In this document: positions 8,611-16,086 of the stretch, piece by piece
Layout: every line of letters begins with the position of its first letter
Numbering within the stretch: the stretch's first letter is position 1
Notes under the pieces: generated by a model
Seen by the model: only the letters and a program-made list of their open reading frames with translations
Databases searched by the model: none
What the model was told of the DNA's origin: nothing
Program-made: the position numbers and the translations under genes
DNA from: a virus
Lineage: Duplodnaviria > Caudoviricetes
IMG/VR virus record: IMGVR_UViG_3300037478_000552
Coordinates: 1-26,823 of that record
Length of the DNA: 26,823 nucleotides
Strand: one strand, 5' to 3'

Positions 8611-9484
8611 GCTGGACGCATCGGGCGCCGGATACACCGCGCATCGTCAGCCCAAGCCGGGCGTAGTCAATATCTACCCGAACCATCGGCACATCTACGA
8701 CCGGCAGCAGATGCGCGGCGAGCGCACGTCGGTGCTGATCTCGCACGGAATCGCGAGCAAGACCTACCGCAGCGGCACCAAGGCCGGTAGTTTCCGGCAT
8801 ATCGTGGTGCCGGGTCCGGCGCTGGCCGAGGAGGTCATCGCGTCCGGGGTGCCGCGTAACAAGGTCCGGCAGCTGGGCTACCCGAAGCTGGACCCGGTCC
8901 ACAACGGCGAGGTCGCGAGCCCGTGGCCGGAGCGGGATGGTCGGGTACGGGTGCTGTGGGCGCCGACTCACGGCGGCGGGTCTGAGCGGTGGCCGCTGGG
9001 CCGCCGTACGGCACCGGGTGCGGGCGCGACCACCTGGTGGCACCGTGACGAGCTGTTGGGGCTGCTGGACCCTGACCGCTGCCTGATCATGGAGGCGCCG
9101 CACCCGCGGCACCATCCGCAGCGGCAGGCCACCCTGGCCCAGTACGTCGGTGCGGACGTGGTGATCGCCGACGGCGGCTCGACGATCTACGAGTCGTGGG
9201 CGTGCGGCCTGCCGGTTGTGATGCCGGACTGGATCTGCGCCGGCCGCAACTTGACGCGCGCCGGCGGGGCGACGCTGGAGGCGCGGGTGTACCGCGAGCG
9301 GGTGGGCTGGCATGTCGACGACCCGGCCGGCTTCCCCGCGGCCGTGGCCGAGGCGGCGGCGTGCGGTATCTCGGCGGCGGAGGTGGCGTTCGCCGAGCAG
9401 GTGTTGCCGGCCTCGCTGCGTGGGCACGGCGGCAAGTTGCACGCCGAGTTCCTGCTGAGCCTGGACGGAAAGGTGAGTCGATGA
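8498..9484 (+). CDS. CDP-glycerol glycerophosphotransferase-like (TagF/TagB, GT-B fold) protein
   Basis: ISHGIASK, LGYPKLD, VLWAPTH, PHPR, ADVVIADGGSTIYE...GLPVV parallel TagF-family motifs (WHG, GYPR, LYAPT, HP, DxLITDYSS). Start 8498, 8510 or 8516. Confidence 0.8.
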   Translation: MGEPVPMHFCLNDTSTQEDGSLIQGGQLDRYLRPIWRELDASGAGYTAHRQPKPGVVNIYPNHRHIYDRQQMRGERTSVLISHGIASKTYRSGTKAGSFRHIVVPGPALAEEVIASGVPRNKVRQLGYPKLDPVHNGEVASPWPERDGRVRVLWAPTHGGGSERWPLGRRTAPGAGATTWWHRDELLGLLDPDRCLIMEAPHPRHHPQRQATLAQYVGADVVIADGGSTIYESWACGLPVVMPDWICAGRNLTRAGGATLEARVYRERVGWHVDDPAGFPAAVAEAAACGISAAEVAFAEQVLPASLRGHGGKLHAEFLLSLDGKVSR

Positions 9485-9585
9485 GTGACCTGCCGGAGGT
9501 TCGTGCGGTGATCGATCTGAGCATGGTTGTGGCGGAGCCGGACGTGCCGGCCGAGCCTGACGCCAAGGAGGACGAAGATGAGTGA
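9481..9585 (+). CDS. 34-aa acidic micro-protein (hypothetical)
   Basis: ATGA overlap with the upstream stop, preceded by AAGGTGAG; MSDLPEVRAVIDLSMVVAEPDVPAEPDAKEDEDE; overlaps the next start. Confidence 0.5.
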   Translation: MSDLPEVRAVIDLSMVVAEPDVPAEPDAKEDEDE

Positions 9586-9910
9586 CCCGACCCTGCTGAA
9601 CGCTGCCGCGGATGCGGCCGCAGCCAACCTGGCTGGCGCCTGGTTCGCAATCCACGATGGCGACACCTCCGGTGACCAGGTGTCCAACGAGCGGCTCCAG
9701 CCGACCTACGATTCGGCTGTCGCCGGCGTGGCGGCCCTGGGCGCTGCCTTGGACTTCACCGGCACCGGTTCCGCCACGGTGTCGCACCTGGGCGTGTGGG
9801 ACGACGAGAGCACCGGCAACCTCCGGTTCGCGGTGGAGTTGTCCGGCGACCCGACCTTCAATGCCGAAGGCGACATTTCGCTGACCGCGGCACCGATCAC
9901 CATTACGTAG
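9578..9910 (+). CDS. Small beta-rich virion structural (fibre/collar-associated) protein
   Basis: RBS AAGGAGG at 9565-9571; motif TVSHLGVWDDESTGNL resembles small phage structural proteins with a THxGxWDxxTxGN motif. Confidence 0.65.
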   Translation: MSDPTLLNAAADAAAANLAGAWFAIHDGDTSGDQVSNERLQPTYDSAVAGVAALGAALDFTGTGSATVSHLGVWDDESTGNLRFAVELSGDPTFNAEGDISLTAAPITIT

Positions 9911-9920
9911 GGGGCTTCTC

Positions 9921-10232
9921 ATGGCTGGCGGGTATTTTGATCTTTCAGACGGCACCACCGTCAACCAGGCGGCGGGCCGGATCGCGACCGGGGTCAGGGA
10001 CCACATGATCGCTATCACAAAGTTCGATTTGTTTCGGTCGCAGTTCACGTTGACCGACGCGCCGTGGGAGCTGAGCGCGGCGGCGGCAGCGGACATCGGC
10101 TCAGCGTGGAATGACCTGGTGCATTTCCAGCAGATCTGGGCCGGGGTGGTGCAGGCCCGCAATCAGGCCGACTCCGCATTCGTCAACTACGACTTCCAGA
10201 CGTTCGTCAAGCGGCTCTACGGCCCCCGCTGA
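9921..10232 (+). CDS. Hypothetical protein (103 aa, helical; probably virion-associated)
   Basis: ATG start in operon order between structural genes; non-shadow amino-acid composition. Confidence 0.65.
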   Translation: MAGGYFDLSDGTTVNQAAGRIATGVRDHMIAITKFDLFRSQFTLTDAPWELSAAAAADIGSAWNDLVHFQQIWAGVVQARNQADSAFVNYDFQTFVKRLYGPR

Positions 10233-10252
10233 CCCGGAGCTGAGGTGGACCC

Positions 10253-12364
10253 GTGTCGACCATCGTCCGGCGGCTCAGCGACACCGACGACATCGCGTTC
10301 GCCACCGGCACCGGCGGGGTCGACTCGATCACCTTCGGCACGTTCGCGATCCTCTTCAAGCCGCTGGTGGCCTACACCGGTATCATCCGTGACCTGGTCA
10401 GGCTGCGGGATGCCGCCGATGTAGACCTAGGCGGCATCGGCATTGCCGCGGATGATGCCGTGTACTGGCAGCCGAGCACCACCGGGCCGGTGTACGGCCC
10501 GGTTACCACTCCGGGCGAGTGGCACCTGTTGGTGGCCCGGTACGCCGGCGGTACGTCCCGGGCGTGGTTCAGCTTGTTGAACTTGGCCACCGGGATCTGG
10601 TCTCATAGTGACTCGGATTTCTCGGCCACCGCGTGGACCGCCCCGACCGGCGGGTCCGTCCACATGAACTGGATGGTCAACGGCCCCGGGTCCGACGTCG
10701 CGGTGATGGCCCTGTGGGCCAATGAGCTGCCGTGGGCGGCCAACTCTTCGTCCGACTCGGAGATCGAGGGCGCCGGCTTAGAGGCCCACTTGGACAACTG
10801 GCGGGCATTGGAGCCGTCGGCCGGCTGGGCGTTCTCCCAGCCCAGCACCGCCTACAACGTGGAAGACTTCACGCTGGGGCGGGCCGACCAGATCAACGCC
10901 GACGGCGGCACGGTGGTCGCTGCGTCCGACCTCGACTTCATCTATGCGGACTCCGGCATCGAGATCACGAGTCGGAATCACCTGCGTGACACCGAAACGG
11001 AACCGGGTACCGGCGGCGGCAGCGTGTGGGACCTGTCGGAGACCCAGGGCACCCCGACCACCCTGGGCTCAGGCAACGTCGCTAGCGGGTCCTACATCGA
11101 GGTCATGCGGTGGCTGCGCGTCGTCGGCGCCACAGTCGGGTCAACCGCCATTGATACTCAGGTCCGGGTCACGGCAGTGTCCGCCAGCACTCTGCAGTAT
11201 CGCTGGCGGGTCCAGCGCATCGACTCATCCGATGTGGTCCAGGCCAGCTCTGACTACAGCAGCGACCAAAACACCGTCGGCATCAAGGTCGCGTCGTTCA
11301 TCCTGGATACGACGTGGGCGGCGGGTGACCGGCTGGCGCTGTCGTTGGAGCTGCGCAAGGCGTCCGGCGGTGGCAACCGGTCGATCACCGTAGCTGTCAA
11401 CGATGGCGACAGCTGGGCCGAGTTCACGGTGGCGGACGTCTCGCCAGCCAACGTCACCGCGGCCATCCCGCTGTCCCTGGCCCTGGCCGGTGTGGCCGGG
11501 GCGGACCATGCGGTCGCCGCCGCCGTACCGCTGGGCCTGGCGCTCGCTCCGGTCGCCGACGCACCAGCGGCCGGGCCGGCTGAGGCCGCCGCCGGAGTAG
11601 ATCTGGCGCTGGCACTGGCCCCAGTGGCATCCGCCCCCGAGGTCGAGGCGGCCAACGTCACCGCCGGCATCGCGCTCGCCTTGGCGGTCACGCCGGCGAC
11701 CACCGCCCCGCCGGTGGGTGCGGCCGGGGCCACGTCTACCGTACCGCTGGCGCTGACACTGGCGCCGGTGGTCTCCGCACCTGCAGGGGTCACCGCCAGC
11801 GTCGCCCTCGCCGTGACGGTGGCCGGCGTGGCGCAGGCCAGCCGCCAGGTCACCGTCGAGATTCCGCTCGGCCTGGCCATGACCAGCGCCACCACCACAG
11901 CGCAACATCGGGCGGGCGCCTCAGTGCCATTGGCACTAGCTGTTGCCTCAACCGTCGTCGCGCCGGAGGTCGGCGCGCCCGGCCAGGTCACCGCCACCAT
12001 CCCGTTGAGCCTGGCCGTGGCCGGCACCGCCGCCGCCAGCCACGAGGCGAACGCCGGGCTCGCGCTGACGCTGGCCGTTGCCCCCGCGACCACCGCGCCC
12101 GAGATCGTCACCCCCGGCGAGGCGGCCGCCGCGTTCCCGCTCGGCCTGTCGCTGTCCGGCGGCACCGCCACCGGGTACCAGGCCGCCGCCGCGCTACCGC
12201 TGACGGTCACTATCGGCGCGACCGGGCGCACCGACCACACGGTGGTCTGCGCCATGCCGTTGGTGCTGGCGGTCGCCGCGGCCGCGCTCGCCACGGATCC
12301 GAACCGGCGCGGGTTTTCATCCGCCGTCGCTCAGCGTGTCCCCACCTCGGGAGGTGTCGCATAA
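10253..12364 (+). CDS. Putative fibre protein: LamG/ConA-like domain, beta-sandwich domain, Ala/Val/Thr-rich repeat stalk
   Basis: RBS GAGGTGG; GEWHLLVARY and VAVMALWANEL are LamG-like; C-terminal repeats of about 20-25 aa; TAATG coupling to the adaptor gene. Confidence 0.65.
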   Translation: MSTIVRRLSDTDDIAFATGTGGVDSITFGTFAILFKPLVAYTGIIRDLVRLRDAADVDLGGIGIAADDAVYWQPSTTGPVYGPVTTPGEWHLLVARYAGGTSRAWFSLLNLATGIWSHSDSDFSATAWTAPTGGSVHMNWMVNGPGSDVAVMALWANELPWAANSSSDSEIEGAGLEAHLDNWRALEPSAGWAFSQPSTAYNVEDFTLGRADQINADGGTVVAASDLDFIYADSGIEITSRNHLRDTETEPGTGGGSVWDLSETQGTPTTLGSGNVASGSYIEVMRWLRVVGATVGSTAIDTQVRVTAVSASTLQYRWRVQRIDSSDVVQASSDYSSDQNTVGIKVASFILDTTWAAGDRLALSLELRKASGGGNRSITVAVNDGDSWAEFTVADVSPANVTAAIPLSLALAGVAGADHAVAAAVPLGLALAPVADAPAAGPAEAAAGVDLALALAPVASAPEVEAANVTAGIALALAVTPATTAPPVGAAGATSTVPLALTLAPVVSAPAGVTASVALAVTVAGVAQASRQVTVEIPLGLAMTSATTTAQHRAGASVPLALAVASTVVAPEVGAPGQVTATIPLSLAVAGTAAASHEANAGLALTLAVAPATTAPEIVTPGEAAAAFPLGLSLSGGTATGYQAAAALPLTVTIGATGRTDHTVVCAMPLVLAVAAAALATDPNRRGFSSAVAQRVPTSGGVA
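11450..12290 (+). repeat. 13 degenerate protein repeats, consensus x-x-A-x-[IV]-P-L-x-L-A-[LV]-A
   Basis: NVTAAIPLSLALAG, AVAAAVPLGLALAP, EAAAGVDLALALAP, NVTAGIALALAVTP, GATSTVPLALTLAP through TVVCAMPLVLAVAA. Confidence 0.85.
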
Positions 12365-13203
12365 TGCTGGATCTGGGTGACATCTATCAGGTGGCCGTAG
12401 CGATCCGCGATGAGGGCGGCACCCTCGTCAGTCCTAGCACCGCCGTGCTCACCATTGCCCTGCCGGACGGCACGACCGACACCCCGACGGTGCCCCTGCC
12501 GCCGAGCGAGGTCGGGATCATCCGGGTCGACTACACCACGGTTCAGCCCGGCCGCCACTCGTGGCGGCTGGCGACTACCGGGCCGATGACGGCGCACGTC
12601 GACGCGTTCAACGTCGTCTCATCAGACTGGGCCGCGATCGTCGGGCTCTCAGAGACGAAGCGTCACCTACGCATCCCCGAGTCGGACACCGTCGATGACG
12701 AGGAGCTACGCGGGTTCATCCTGTCCGCGTCCGCGGTGGTCGAGGACATCGTCGGCAAGGTGGCGCGGCGCTCGGTTACTGAGACGAACAACGGCGGCGA
12801 CCGGCATATCGTGCTCGACCACTCGCCGGTGCTCGACGTGGTCGAAGTGCTCGTAGACGGCGTGCTGGTCGACGCGGGCGACTACACGGCGAGCCCGTCG
12901 GGGCTGCTGGCGCGCCGGTCGGGGCGCTGGCCGGCCGGTCACCACAACATCACCGCCACCTACGTTGTTGGTCGCGAGGTCGTACCGGCCAACGTCATCA
13001 ACGGGACACTCGACCTCATCCGTGTCAACTGGCGGCCTCAGGCCGGCGGCAACTACTCGGCGTTCGACGGCGGCTCCGGCGACGACTTCGGCAGCGCCGG
13101 CCTGGAGGCAAGCCTGCAGGGCAACCTGCGGCTCGGGTTCTTCGTCCCGAACACCGTTGTCCAGCGTTTGCAGCCCGACCAGCGCGCGCCGGTGGTTCTC
13201 TAG
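12364..13203 (+). CDS. Head-to-tail adaptor (gp6/gp15-like) with extra N-terminal beta domain
   Basis: IVGLSETKRHLRI...DDEELRGFILSASAVVEDIVG, PVLDVVEV, ITATYVVG...VPANV; first ~85 aa look like a separate Ig-like domain (TIALPDGT, GRHSWRL). Confidence 0.8.
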   Translation: MLDLGDIYQVAVAIRDEGGTLVSPSTAVLTIALPDGTTDTPTVPLPPSEVGIIRVDYTTVQPGRHSWRLATTGPMTAHVDAFNVVSSDWAAIVGLSETKRHLRIPESDTVDDEELRGFILSASAVVEDIVGKVARRSVTETNNGGDRHIVLDHSPVLDVVEVLVDGVLVDAGDYTASPSGLLARRSGRWPAGHHNITATYVVGREVVPANVINGTLDLIRVNWRPQAGGNYSAFDGGSGDDFGSAGLEASLQGNLRLGFFVPNTVVQRLQPDQRAPVVL

Positions 13204-13656
13204 ATGGCCAGCTCGATCCCTGCCGCGCTGGACTACCTGGTGTCGCTGGCCCGCGACCTGCCGCAGCGCAAGGCGGTGAACGACGGCTGGCCGGCCGAGC
13301 GCGGCGACACCAAGGTCATCATCGGCATCGACGACGACTCCGGCGACGCCCCGGTGGAGGGTTCCTACTCGCAGCTGGAGCGCCGCGAGGTGGAGTCTGT
13401 CGAGGTGCGCTGCATGGTCGAGGTGCGCCGGGCGGGCACCGGCGCGGCCAGCCGCGCCCGCTCCGATGCGTTCGCCATCTTCGACGGGTTTCGTCAGGCC
13501 ATCCGGGACGACCGCCGGCTGGGCGGCGCGGTCACGCCGGGCCTGCCGGCACGCATCGAGCGGTTCACCATGGCTCAGACGGATGAGCCGCGTCAGGCGG
13601 GCGAGGGCCGGGTGTGCGCGGTCAAGTTCACCGTGGCGTGGTCACACCGCGCCTAG
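13204..13656 (+). CDS. Tail terminator/completion-like protein
   Basis: 150 aa directly after the adaptor; ARSDAFAIFDGFRQAIRDDRRLGGAV pattern typical of tail-terminator-like proteins. Confidence 0.6.
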   Translation: MASSIPAALDYLVSLARDLPQRKAVNDGWPAERGDTKVIIGIDDDSGDAPVEGSYSQLERREVESVEVRCMVEVRRAGTGAASRARSDAFAIFDGFRQAIRDDRRLGGAVTPGLPARIERFTMAQTDEPRQAGEGRVCAVKFTVAWSHRA

Positions 13657-14177
13657 TCAATGCTGACCGCTATCCGGCTGGCGATGTCCGCGTGCGAGAA
13701 GGTGACGGCGGCAGTCCGGCCTAGCCGACCGAATGCGCCGTTAGCGCGTAGCTCCAGCGTGTAGAAGTCCGACACCGGGGCGCTGACTCGCAGCCTGACG
13801 AGACAGTTGTACGGGATCGTCGATGTGACGTGCCCCAGTTCCGTCTTGTCGTCCTGGCTGGTATGCGTCGCGGTGGCGATGACCGTTCCGCTCGCATCTC
13901 GCAGCGTGTACGAGATGTCATGGAAATAGCAGTACGGCGCAATGTCGCCGCCGCCTGCAGCCAACTCGCGATCGCCGGTGCTCACATCGAGCGGGATCGT
14001 CACCCTGTCGGCAGCGTCTGACTGGATGTCTGAAACGTTGACCGGCGGTTCGACCAGACCTGAAGTCGCGACGACCGCCCCGGCACCGACGGTCACCACA
14101 GCGGCGATCGCCACGGGCGGCCACCACCGGCGTATGAGCCTTTTGAGCCGCGTGCGCGGCATGTCTGTAGGGGTCAT
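13653..14177 (-). CDS. Antisense moron: membrane-anchored or secreted protein
   Basis: Basic N-region then hydrophobic segment WWPPVAIAAVVTVGAGAVVA and a beta-rich ectodomain with two Cys; fills the gap between two + strand tail genes; has its own promoter. Confidence 0.75.
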   Translation of the reverse strand: MTPTDMPRTRLKRLIRRWWPPVAIAAVVTVGAGAVVATSGLVEPPVNVSDIQSDAADRVTIPLDVSTGDRELAAGGGDIAPYCYFHDISYTLRDASGTVIATATHTSQDDKTELGHVTSTIPYNCLVRLRVSAPVSDFYTLELRANGAFGRLGRTAAVTFSHADIASRIAVSID

Positions 14178-14188
14178 GCCGCGCACGC
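14150..14188. repeat. Perfect 14-bp inverted repeat with 11-nt spacer
   Basis: GCGTGCGCGGCATG (14150-14163) and CATGCCGCGCACGC (14175-14188). Confidence 0.9.
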
Positions 14189-14213
14189 TACACCCGCCGC
14201 GCTAGCCAGTCGA
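14185..14213 (-). promoter_or_regulatory. Promoter for the antisense moron (probably leaderless mRNA)
   Basis: Minus strand TCGACT (14213-14208), 17 nt, TAGCGT (14190-14185), 7 nt, ATG (14177). Confidence 0.6.
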
Positions 14214-14228
14214 TGGGGTGAATGCCTG

Positions 14229-14645
14229 ATGGCTGGAGACTTCGCAGCCCAACTGCGCCAGGCGGCCGCCGACCTGCGTGCGATGTCCACCGAGGTCCGT
14301 CGTGGGGTCCGCCCGGCGCTGGTGGAGGCGGCCCAGCCGATGGTGTCCGAGGCCAAAGCCAACGCCAGCTGGTCGAGCCGCATCCCCGGCGCTATCCGCG
14401 CCCGGGTGCTCAAGAACGGCGTGGACATCGTCGTGAACCGCAAGAAGGCCCCGCACGCCCGGCCGTACGAGGGCATCACCGGCAACGACACCTTCCGCCA
14501 CCCGGTGCACGGGCGGCGTGACCGGTGGGTGGAGCAGAAGACCCGGCCGTACCTGGAGCCGGCCGTCGAGCAGCACCGCGGCAAGGTCCGGGTGGGCCTG
14601 GAGCGGGTGGTCAGCGATGCCGCGAGGCGGCACGGATTTCGATGA
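14229..14645 (+). CDS. HK97 gp10-like tail completion/neck protein
   Basis: Basic 138-aa protein with APHARPYEG and TRPYLEPAV motifs, directly upstream of the tail tube gene. Confidence 0.75.
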   Translation: MAGDFAAQLRQAAADLRAMSTEVRRGVRPALVEAAQPMVSEAKANASWSSRIPGAIRARVLKNGVDIVVNRKKAPHARPYEGITGNDTFRHPVHGRRDRWVEQKTRPYLEPAVEQHRGKVRVGLERVVSDAARRHGFR

Positions 14646-14657
14646 GGAGGACGTTCG

Positions 14658-15158
14658 ATGGCACCGCAGCCCCTGAATGAGACGCGCAGGTTCATCAACC
14701 CGGAGGTGACGGTCGTCTACTGGCTGCTGGCCGTGGTCGACCTGGCCGCCCCGACCCGCGACGAGCTGGACCACGCCACGGCGGTTGACCTGACCGGCGA
14801 GATCGCGGCGATGGACGGGTGGACGGTGGCGGCCGACCGGGTGGCCGTGCCGGACCTGGGTACCAGGTTCACTGGCCGGATCAGCGGCCGAGTCAACCCG
14901 GGCGACGCCCAGATCACCTACTACGGCGATGAGACCACGGCCGACGTTCGCGACGTCAAGTCCCGCGGCGACCGAGGGTTCATCTACATCCTCGACGGCG
15001 GCGACGTCGAGGGCCAGAAGGGCCGCGGGTTCGAGGTCGAAATCTCGGCGATCACCCCGACTGTGGACGTGGCCGGCACCGAAGCGGCGCGCATCATGAT
15101 CGACTACAGCATCAACCGGGTGGCAGAGACGATCATCATCCCCGGTGACGAGTCCTGA
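14658..15158 (+). CDS. Major tail (tube) protein
   Basis: RBS GAGGAGG; APTRDEL, VDLTGEIAAMDGW, VPDLGTRFTGRISGR typical of actinomycete siphophage tail tube proteins; precedes chaperone and tape measure. Confidence 0.85.
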   Translation: MAPQPLNETRRFINPEVTVVYWLLAVVDLAAPTRDELDHATAVDLTGEIAAMDGWTVAADRVAVPDLGTRFTGRISGRVNPGDAQITYYGDETTADVRDVKSRGDRGFIYILDGGDVEGQKGRGFEVEISAITPTVDVAGTEAARIMIDYSINRVAETIIIPGDES

Positions 15159-15790
15159 TGGCGGCGGCGCGTAAGCGCGCGCCGGCCAAGGTGGCGGCCG
15201 CGCCGCCCGCAGCGTCGCAGCGCGAGCGGCTGCTGGGGCGGGCGCGGCCGTCGTTGCCGTACCGGCTGCTACTCGACGCGGACGCCCTGGCGGCGGCCCA
15301 GGCCGAACAGCAGCGGGTGGAGCGGGTGGCCCGGCAGGTGCTCATCCGGGAGGATCCCGGCTCGGTGGCGCACCGCAAGGCCGAGCAACAGATCGCCGGC
15401 GCGGCGGCTGCGGTGGACGCCTGCTACGAGACGGTGGTCCTGCGGGCGCTGCCGACCGTGGGCGAGGTGACGGTGGAGACGCTGATCGACGCGCACCCGC
15501 CCACGTCCGAGCAGATGGCCGCCGCGAAGGCCGAGCGGGACAAGGCCCGCCAGCGCGGCGACCAGCCGCCCGACTGGCCGTCCTGGGACGACAGGACGTT
15601 CTTCCCGGCGCTGCTGGAGGCGTGCGCGGACAACGACATGACCGCCGCCGACTGGGTGGCGTTCTTCGCAAAGAACGTGTCCGACGGCGAGAGGGCCGGC
15701 ATTCAGTTGGCCGCGTTGGCGGTCAACGAGCGGGAGCGGGTCGCAGATGCGATGGTGCTCCCTTTCGGCTCGACCAGGATGCCCAGCTAG
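15158..15790 (+). CDS. Tail assembly chaperone (pre-frameshift, lambda G analogue)
   Basis: Between tail tube and tape measure; LIDAHPPT, TFFPALL; ends ...VLPF at a slippery site. Confidence 0.82.
   Translation: MAAARKRAPAKVAAAPPAASQRERLLGRARPSLPYRLLLDADALAAAQAEQQRVERVARQVLIREDPGSVAHRKAEQQIAGAAAAVDACYETVVLRALPTVGEVTVETLIDAHPPTSEQMAAAKAERDKARQRGDQPPDWPSWDDRTFFPALLEACADNDMTAADWVAFFAKNVSDGERAGIQLAALAVNERERVADAMVLPFGSTRMPS
15760..15766 (+). other. -1 programmed ribosomal frameshift site C CCT TTC
   Basis: X XXY YYZ heptamer in frame at the chaperone 3' end; the -1 frame stays open to 16083. Confidence 0.75.
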
Positions 15791-16083
15791 CGCTCGAGCT
15801 GGAGGTCGCCCGCGCCTACCGGTTGTCCCATTCGGCGTTCCTGGCCTGGCCCAAGGATGACCGGGACAAGGCGACGTGGCAGCACGTGCGGTCCAAGCAG
15901 ACGTGCGGCTCGTGCGGCACCCGTGAGGCCGAGTGGCTGGAGTCGGCCGGCGGCTCGCGCACCGCCCACCGTGCGGTTCTCAAACGTTGTCCGGGCTGCG
16001 AGGCCATGGAGACCTTCCGGGCCACCCTCGACGACAAGCGGGGCAAGGGGACGTATGTGGCGCTGGTGCCGACGGGGAGGTGA
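15760..16083 (+). CDS. Tail assembly chaperone, post-frameshift extension (lambda T analogue)
   Basis: -1 frame RLDQDAQLALEL...SHSAFLAWPKDDRDKA...CGSCG...CPGC; no convincing own start or RBS; ends just before the tape measure start. Confidence 0.75.
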   Translation, partial: PFRLDQDAQLALELEVARAYRLSHSAFLAWPKDDRDKATWQHVRSKQTCGSCGTREAEWLESAGGSRTAHRAVLKRCPGCEAMETFRATLDDKRGKGTYVALVPTGR

Positions 16084-16086
16084 CCG

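Noticed and set aside
8540-10162. 540-aa minus-strand ORF
   Set aside because: Shadow of well-supported + strand genes.
11254-12294. 346-aa Ala/Ser/Thr-rich minus-strand ORF resembling a mucin
   Set aside because: Mirror of the + strand repeat stalk; no independent start signals.
13646-14205. Possible target-site duplication flanking the moron (CCGCGCCTAG versus CCGCGCTAG)
   Set aside because: Short, imperfect and GC-rich, so plausibly chance; no transposase is present.
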